The position numbers and the translations under genes are program-made. From positions 10,135 to 74,134 of the forward strand of contig JBGARN010000004.1 of the NCBI GenBank assembly GCA_044230205.1: a DNA stretch of 64,000 bases. Reading direction: 5' to 3'. The notes beneath the pieces are model-generated. The model saw nothing but the letters and a program-made list of their open reading frames with translations, had not been told where the DNA came from and made no database searches. Positions 58,150-64,000 of this stretch are shown here, piece by piece (the first letter of the stretch is position 1; every line of letters begins with the position of its first letter). The DNA is from Bacteroidia bacterium. GTDB taxonomy: Bacteria; Bacteroidota; Bacteroidia; AKYH767-A; OLB10.

Positions 58150-59993
58150 ACCGCGATTCTAATCAGCGCACCATAATCATTGCCATTTTTACTGTAGTGG
58201 TGTTCATTTATATTGCTCGTTTGTTTTACATACAGGTGATTGACAGCAGCTATGTAGCTTCAGCCACCAACAATGTTTTGCGTTATGTTACGCAATATCC
58301 TGCGCGCGGTTTTGTTTACGACCGCAAGGGCAAGCTGACGGTTTACAATCAGCAGGTTTATGATCTTATGGTGACTCCGCGCCTGGTAAAGCAAATTGAC
58401 ACGAACGATTTTTGCAGCATACTGGGCATCACCAAGGAAGACTTTGTTAAGCGTATGCTGAAAGCAAAAAACTATTCCAGGTATAAGGCATCGTTATTCG
58501 AAAAACATTTATCATCAGTTACCAATGCTAAGCTGCAGGAGAAGATGTATAAGTTTTCAGGATTTTATACTGAGCCGCGAACGATAAGAATGTATCCGCA
58601 ACCTATTGCTGCACACCTGCTGGGATACATTGGCGAGGTAGATGATAAGCTGGTAGAAAAAATGCCCTACTATAAGTCGGGCGATTATATTGGCATTTCA
58701 GGCATTGAACGTTCGTACGAAGAAGTACTGCGTGGTAAACGCGGATTAAAAGTAGTGATGGTAGATGTGCATAATAATGTGAAAGGCCGTTTTCAGAACG
58801 GGCAATATGATTCTGCAGCTGTAGCAGGTGAAAATATTATGCTATCTATTGATGCTGATTTGCAGGCTTATGCCGAAAAGCTTATGCAGAATAAACGTGG
58901 AGGTATTGTGGCAATGGACCCATCAACTGGCGAAATACTTGCTATGGTTACCGCTCCAACCTACGATCCCAACCTGCTGGTTGGGCGTGTGAGGGCACAT
59001 AATTATGGAGTGCTGTTGCAACAGGAAGACAAGCCATTGTTTAATCGTGCAATGATGGCTTACTATCCTCCGGGCTCAACTTTTAAATTGATCAACTCAC
59101 TCGTAGGTCTCGATGAAGAAGTAATTACTGATCATACCCTTTTTGGTTGTCATGGAGGCTATGGAATCGGAAATGTTTTTGTGCATTGCCACCCTCATCC
59201 CAGCCCGGTTGATTTACGCACTGCTGTTGCTGTTTCATGTAATGCATTTTATTGCCAGACATTTAAAGCTGTGCTTGAAAATAAAAAGTACTCACGAACT
59301 GAAGATGCTTACAACGTATGGCGCGATTATGTAATGAGTTTTGGCGTAGGCCGAAAACTGAATGTAGATTTACCGCATGAGTTAAAAGGCAATGTGCCAT
59401 CATCAGCCTATTACGATAAGTTTTTTGGTAAAGGGCGGTGGAAATTTTCTACCATAATTTCGCTTTCTATCGGGCAGGGAGAATTAGGTATAACTCCGCT
59501 GCAAATGGCAAACATTACCTGCATTATTGCCAATAAAGGATATTACTATGTTCCTCATGTTATTCATGCCATAGGTAACCGCAAGTATATACCACAAAAT
59601 TTTTTAGTGAAGAATTATGCTAAAGTTAAACCTGAATATTTTGAAATGGTACACGATGGTATGCAAAAGGTTTTTGAATCTGGAACAGCACGTGCATCAG
59701 CTGTAAAAGGAATAACCATGTGCGGTAAAACCGGCACAGCACAAAATCCACATGGCGAAAATCACTCTGTATTTATGTGTTTCGCTCCGCGCGAAAATCC
59801 AAAAATAGCCGTAGCTGCATTGGTTGAAAATGCAGGACAGGGAGCCCGTTTTGCAGCGCCTATCGCCACATTATTAGTTGAAAAATATCTTACTGATAGT
59901 ATTAGCGAAAATTCAAAAGCCAAAGAAAAGCGAATGCTGGATGCTGTTATTTTTAAGCAGGAAAAGGACAGTTTAAATAATGATGAAGATTAA
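58146..59993 (+). CDS. mrdA: penicillin-binding protein 2 (elongasome transpeptidase)
   Basis: SxxK (GSTFK), SxN (SCN) and KTG (GKTGTAQ) motifs. N-terminal TM and PBP dimerisation domain. Confidence 0.9.
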   Translation: MNRDSNQRTIIIAIFTVVVFIYIARLFYIQVIDSSYVASATNNVLRYVTQYPARGFVYDRKGKLTVYNQQVYDLMVTPRLVKQIDTNDFCSILGITKEDFVKRMLKAKNYSRYKASLFEKHLSSVTNAKLQEKMYKFSGFYTEPRTIRMYPQPIAAHLLGYIGEVDDKLVEKMPYYKSGDYIGISGIERSYEEVLRGKRGLKVVMVDVHNNVKGRFQNGQYDSAAVAGENIMLSIDADLQAYAEKLMQNKRGGIVAMDPSTGEILAMVTAPTYDPNLLVGRVRAHNYGVLLQQEDKPLFNRAMMAYYPPGSTFKLINSLVGLDEEVITDHTLFGCHGGYGIGNVFVHCHPHPSPVDLRTAVAVSCNAFYCQTFKAVLENKKYSRTEDAYNVWRDYVMSFGVGRKLNVDLPHELKGNVPSSAYYDKFFGKGRWKFSTIISLSIGQGELGITPLQMANITCIIANKGYYYVPHVIHAIGNRKYIPQNFLVKNYAKVKPEYFEMVHDGMQKVFESGTARASAVKGITMCGKTGTAQNPHGENHSVFMCFAPRENPKIAVAALVENAGQGARFAAPIATLLVEKYLTDSISENSKAKEKRMLDAVIFKQEKDSLNNDED

Positions 59994-60006
59994 TTTTTGG
60001 TTTCGT

Positions 60007-60090
60007 GTTTGAGGTTTGAGGTTTGAGGTTTGAGGTTTGAGGTTTGAGGTTTGAGGTTTGAGGTTTGAGGTTTGAGGTTTGAGGTTTGAG
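60007..60090. repeat. perfect heptanucleotide tandem repeat (GTTTGAG)x12
   Basis: I counted 12 uninterrupted copies from 60007 to 60090. They lie in the intergenic region starting 14 nt after the mrdA stop. Confidence 0.97.
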
Positions 60091-60141
60091 TAACTTTCAA
60101 AAATATGGTTTAATAATTAACCATTGTATTTAGCAACAAAG

Positions 60142-60606
60142 ATGGCAACTGTAAAGCAATTTGAAGATTTGGAAATTTGGAAGAAGGCACGCCAGCTTAA
60201 TAAATTAATTTTTGTTGCAATGAAAAAACATTCCTTTTCGAAAGACTTTAAACTTGTGGGACAAATTAATAGTTCAGGGGGTTCGATAGCAGATAATATT
60301 GCAGAAGGATTTGAACGAGGAAGCAGGAATGAATTTATTAATTTTTTAAGCATTGCTAAAGGTTCAGCCGGTGAAGTGAAGTCACAGTGTTACAGGGCAA
60401 TTGACCGGGGTTATATTTCAGAAGAGGAGTTTAATGAGCTATATAAGCTTGCAGACCAAATTTCAAAACAAATAAATAAATTTATGGAGTATCTCAATAA
60501 TTCTGGTTACAAAGGAGAGAAGTTTAAAAATAGAACGGCAAATGAACCGGAAGCAATATATGAGACAGAGTTAATGAATCATTTAAACCAACTTCATTTT
60601 GATTAA
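60142..60606 (+). CDS. four-helix-bundle protein (23S rRNA intervening-sequence protein / Avd-like family)
   Basis: The N-terminal FEDLEIWKKARQL, the central GSIADNIAEGFERGS..EFINFLSIAKGSAGEV and YI.EEEF are the family hallmarks. The ATG at 60142 is preferred over the track start at 60124. Confidence 0.75.
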   Translation: MATVKQFEDLEIWKKARQLNKLIFVAMKKHSFSKDFKLVGQINSSGGSIADNIAEGFERGSRNEFINFLSIAKGSAGEVKSQCYRAIDRGYISEEEFNELYKLADQISKQINKFMEYLNNSGYKGEKFKNRTANEPEAIYETELMNHLNQLHFD

Positions 60607-60636
60607 GCAGTTAATCATATTTAATAGTAGCGATAA

Positions 60637-60665
60637 CTTCAAACCCCATACATCAAACTTCAAAC
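60637..60665. repeat. degenerate heptamer array complementary to the upstream (GTTTGAG)n
   Basis: TCAAAC motifs at 60639, 60653 and 60660 are in 7-nt phase (cTTCAAAC cccatac aTCAAAC TTCAAAC). The array lies immediately before the rodA GTG start. Confidence 0.55.
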
Positions 60666-60671
60666 AATAAA

Positions 60672-61934
60672 GTGCGTCAACAAAAAAGCATATTTGAAAA
60701 TATCGACTGGCTAACAGTTACCATGTATCTTTTTATGGTTTTGTTCGGCTGGATGAATATTTATGCTGCTGTATACAATGAAGACCATCAAAGCATTTTA
60801 GACTATTCTCAAAATTACGGAAAGCAGCTGGTATGGATTTGTATATCTATCGTATTTGCAATTGTTATATTAATTATAGACGGAAAGTTTTATGAAGCAT
60901 TTGCTTATCCGTTTTACCTGATAATTATTACAGTTAATATTGCTGCTATATTTTTAAGCCGCGATATTAAAGGCGCGCACGCCTGGATTCCTATTGGTTC
61001 ATTTAACCTGCAGCCTTCAGAGTTTGCCAAGCTGGCAACTGCGCTTGCACTGGCCAAGTACCTCAGTTCACCTTACATACGTATAGCCGAAAATAAAACC
61101 AAGATTATTGCCAGCATGCTAATTTTAATTCCAATGGGAATAATCCTGTTGCAAAACGACACGGGTTCAGCATTGGTGTTTGCAGCATTTTTATTTGTGC
61201 TCTATCGCGAAGGGCTTTCACAAAATGTTTTGATTTTTGGTTTTGTGGCAGCATTGCTTTTTGTTCTTTCATTGATGGTGGCTAAATTATATCTGCTTAT
61301 CGCTATAGGTGTTATTCTTTTTCTTTCCTGGTTCACTTTGCGCAGAACATGGAAAAACTTAATTGTGTTATTATTAGTTGGATTAGTTGCTGCAGGCATT
61401 GTATTCAGTGTTGATTATGTTTATAACAATGCATTGCAGGCGCATCAGAAAGAACGTATTGATGTATTGCTTGGAAAGAAAACCGATTTAAAAGGTGCAG
61501 GTTATAATGTAAATCAAAGTTTAATTGCAATTGGCTCGGGCGGACTTACGGGCAAAGGATTTTTGCAAGGCACACAAACCAAATTTGATTTTGTTCCTGA
61601 GCAAAGCACCGATTTTATTTTCTGCACCATTGGCGAAGAGTGGGGTTTCCTGGGAACATTTTTAGTGCTTGGTGTTTTTACCGCCTTGCTCTATCGCATT
61701 ATTTTCATTGCCGAACGGCAGAAAAATAATTTTGTTCGTGTGTATGGATACGGAGTTGCGTCCATACTTTTCTTTCATGTGTTTATTAATGTGGGAATGA
61801 CCATTGGTTTACTTCCAGTAATCGGAATTCCATTTCCTTTTTACAGTTACGGTGGATCATCACTGATCTCTTTTACTGTGCTGCTTTTTATTTTGATTAA
61901 ACTGGATAGTTACAGGATGTATGTGTTGAGATAA
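60672..61934 (+). CDS. rodA: rod shape-determining protein RodA (SEDS glycosyltransferase)
   Basis: 420 aa with ~10 TM helices, PSEFAKL, EQSTDFIF and LPVIGIPFPFYSYGGSS motifs. GTG start in the track. Confidence 0.9.
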   Translation: MRQQKSIFENIDWLTVTMYLFMVLFGWMNIYAAVYNEDHQSILDYSQNYGKQLVWICISIVFAIVILIIDGKFYEAFAYPFYLIIITVNIAAIFLSRDIKGAHAWIPIGSFNLQPSEFAKLATALALAKYLSSPYIRIAENKTKIIASMLILIPMGIILLQNDTGSALVFAAFLFVLYREGLSQNVLIFGFVAALLFVLSLMVAKLYLLIAIGVILFLSWFTLRRTWKNLIVLLLVGLVAAGIVFSVDYVYNNALQAHQKERIDVLLGKKTDLKGAGYNVNQSLIAIGSGGLTGKGFLQGTQTKFDFVPEQSTDFIFCTIGEEWGFLGTFLVLGVFTALLYRIIFIAERQKNNFVRVYGYGVASILFFHVFINVGMTIGLLPVIGIPFPFYSYGGSSLISFTVLLFILIKLDSYRMYVLR

Positions 61935-61943
61935 CCTGATCAA

Positions 61944-64000
61944 TCACCCACACTTCGTCTGTCCGCAGCTTTTGCATTTCAAGCATCCTTCTTCATAAAT
62001 TAATCCTTCCGGGTCGCCACATTCAGTACATAGGTGGTCAACTGCTAATGTTCCGTCAGGAATAAATTTTTTCAATGCACGTTCAACACCTGCTTTCCAG
62101 GTGTTGATGTTATCATCAAACAAATGCAGGTTTTCTATGAGATGAACTACCTGTGGCAAAGGCATGCCGTGGCGCAAAACACCACTGAGTAGTTTTGCAT
62201 AATTCCAAAACTCTTTATCAAACGAACGCGATAGTCCTTCAATAGTTACACGATATCCTTCAGCATCCATGTATTGAAAATCGTATCTTGATTTTCCACC
62301 TCCATTTTTATTTTTAATAATCCATCCTTTTTCTACCCAGTCAGGAATGCTGAATGCATCCTGAGCTTTACCGGTAAATATTTCGTAGGGTTTGTTATCC
62401 AGCAATCCAATGTAGGCAATCCACTTTTCATCAGCATTATTAAATCGCACCACTGTTGATTCTAAAACCTGCGGACGAGCAGGTGCTTCTTTTTCAATAA
62501 TAGCCCCTGTTTTAGAAATTTTCTTTTGTTCATCATTAGAAACCAGCACCCCGCTTCGCGAGCCATCACGATAAACGGTTATTCCCTTCAAACCGTTTTT
62601 CCATGCCTCCATATAAATTTTCCCAACCTGTTCTTCGGTAACATCATTTGCAAGATTTATTGTTGAGCTGATGGAGTGGGTTGTATATTTCTGAACAATG
62701 GCCTGCAACTTAATTCTCTTTTTCCAGTCTATTTCACTTGCAGTTGAACCATGATAAGCACTGTTTTCAATTTTCTTTTCACCCGTTACTTCCATCCAGG
62801 TTTTTAATTTGGGATGATATACAATAAACTCCTGCCATGCATCACCCATCGGATCAACAAAATCAATCCGGGCATTTTTGTCATTAGGGTTTACCTTGCG
62901 TCTTCTTTTATACGAAAGCATAAATACTGGTTCAATACCTGATGAAGTTTGAGCCAGCAAGCTGAGTGTACCTGTAGGCGCTACTGTACTGATAGAAATA
63001 TTTCTTCGTCCATGTTGCATCATCCTGTTATACACATCAGGTAATTCCAGTTTCATCATCTGCACAAATTCTGAAGTGTTTTCAATCTCTGTATTAAACG
63101 CTTCAAATGCTCCTCGCTCTATAGCCATGTCAATGCTGCTGTCAAACTCTGCTTTGCATTTGTGTTTCATTATTTTTTCAATTTCAAGCAATGCATCATC
63201 AGCATCAAAGTGCAAATTCAGGGCTGCCATAGCATCTGCAAGGCCGGTAAAGCCAAGGCCTGTACGCCTTCCTTTTCTTCCTGCATCATGTAACAGCCTC
63301 CATGTACGCAGTTCATTATCTTTAATGTAATCAGGCTCGGAATCACTTTCAATTTTTGCCAGTATGCGTTCAATGGCTTCCAGTTCAAGATCAACCAAAT
63401 CATCCATAAGGCGCTGTGCCTCATAGGTAGTTTCGTAAAATTTGTTGTAATCAAATTTTGCATTTTTTGAAAAAGGATTTTCTACAAAATTGAAAAGGTT
63501 CAACGCAATCAGGCGGCAGTTGTCACCACCCTGCATAGCAATTTCAGAACAGGGGTTTGTAGAAACATTTTTAAAACCCGGATAAACAGATGATGTGGAA
63601 TAGTGGTGTTGCCTGTCCCAGAAAATCAAACCGGGCTCGGCAGTATGATGTGCACATTTTACAATGGTATTCCAAAGCTCGCGTGCTTTTATTTTTCTTT
63701 TGAGCCTGGGTTCTGTTGCGTCAATCGGAAAACGAAGTATAAAATCAGCATCATCACTAACAGCTTTCATAAACTCATCAGAAAGACGCACTGAAATATT
63801 TGCACCTGTTACTTTTTTCAAATCCTGTTTGATGGTTATAAAGCTTTCAATATCAGGATGGGCAATATCCATGGTAATCATCAATGCACCTCGCCTGCCA
63901 TGTTGTGCAACCTCGCGCGTGGTGTTTGAAAACCGCTCCATAAATGAAACAGCCCCGGTAGTAGTTCCGGCAGCATTGGAAACCGACATTCCTGCAGGAC
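61944..64000 (-). CDS. nrdJ: adenosylcobalamin-dependent (class II) ribonucleotide reductase, C-terminal ~685 aa (5' end outside the window)
   Basis: TNPCSEIA active-site loop, ITVYRDGSRSGVL and a C-terminal Cys-rich tail CTECGD...CLKCKSCGQTKCG typical of class II RNRs. The frame is open to the window edge. Confidence 0.8.
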   Translation of the reverse strand, partial: PAGMSVSNAAGTTTGAVSFMERFSNTTREVAQHGRRGALMITMDIAHPDIESFITIKQDLKKVTGANISVRLSDEFMKAVSDDADFILRFPIDATEPRLKRKIKARELWNTIVKCAHHTAEPGLIFWDRQHHYSTSSVYPGFKNVSTNPCSEIAMQGGDNCRLIALNLFNFVENPFSKNAKFDYNKFYETTYEAQRLMDDLVDLELEAIERILAKIESDSEPDYIKDNELRTWRLLHDAGRKGRRTGLGFTGLADAMAALNLHFDADDALLEIEKIMKHKCKAEFDSSIDMAIERGAFEAFNTEIENTSEFVQMMKLELPDVYNRMMQHGRRNISISTVAPTGTLSLLAQTSSGIEPVFMLSYKRRRKVNPNDKNARIDFVDPMGDAWQEFIVYHPKLKTWMEVTGEKKIENSAYHGSTASEIDWKKRIKLQAIVQKYTTHSISSTINLANDVTEEQVGKIYMEAWKNGLKGITVYRDGSRSGVLVSNDEQKKISKTGAIIEKEAPARPQVLESTVVRFNNADEKWIAYIGLLDNKPYEIFTGKAQDAFSIPDWVEKGWIIKNKNGGGKSRYDFQYMDAEGYRVTIEGLSRSFDKEFWNYAKLLSGVLRHGMPLPQVVHLIENLHLFDDNINTWKAGVERALKKFIPDGTLAVDHLCTECGDPEGLIYEEGCLKCKSCGQTKCG

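Noticed and set aside
60124-60606. Diversity-generating retroelement, since Avd-like four-helix-bundle proteins accompany DGR reverse transcriptases.
   Set aside because: No reverse transcriptase gene or template/variable repeat pair lies within several kb. The neighbours are mrdA and rodA, so this is a stand-alone family member.
63990-64000. Cobalamin riboswitch or ATP-cone region expected upstream or at the 5' end of nrdJ.
   Set aside because: The 5' end of the gene and its leader lie outside the window, so this cannot be assessed.

Overview
This is a chromosomal segment from a Bacteroidota genome. The evidence is many T9SS type-A C-terminal sorting domains, a b558-type SdhC, an FtsX-type Lol-like ABC system and IS200-like RAYT/REP elements. 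I cannot assign a finer taxon by eye. The backbone is housekeeping: asd (partial), fumC, an arsC-family gene, prfB (with its +1 frameshift, which the ORF track splits), pepA, ribF, pepP, sdhCAB, acpH, xth, ctaA, lysC, purH, mreB-mreC-mreD-mrdA-rodA and a partial class II ribonucleotide reductase. The accessory or unusual content is: (1) An 8-gene same-strand cluster at 7961-20004. Two tandem SBBP beta-propeller T9SS cargo proteins are followed by six abutting or overlapping genes: an orphan P-loop protein, an ABC exporter, a lipoprotein, a YD-repeat-like protein, an outer-membrane barrel and a periplasmic isoaspartyl peptidase. (2) A REP-associated tyrosine transposase (RAYT) next to a strictly 51-bp-periodic head-to-tail array of GC-hairpin REP units. 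(3) A four-helix-bundle (23S-IVS/Avd-like) gene inserted between mrdA and rodA, bracketed by (GTTTGAG)x12 and an inverted, degenerate heptamer array. (4) An in-frame repeat-element insertion inside ribF. (5) Three apparently disrupted genes: a LolA-like gene (frameshift), a kinase-like gene (in-frame TAA) and an OmpA-family gene (split). (6) Six T9SS cargo genes, including a Kazal-type inhibitor and a 4x modular 1184-aa protein beside an ECF sigma/anti-sigma pair. (7) A KirBac-type K+ channel gene. I found no rRNA, tRNA, CRISPR array or recognisable riboswitch. All homology calls rest on motif recognition by eye and need database confirmation.
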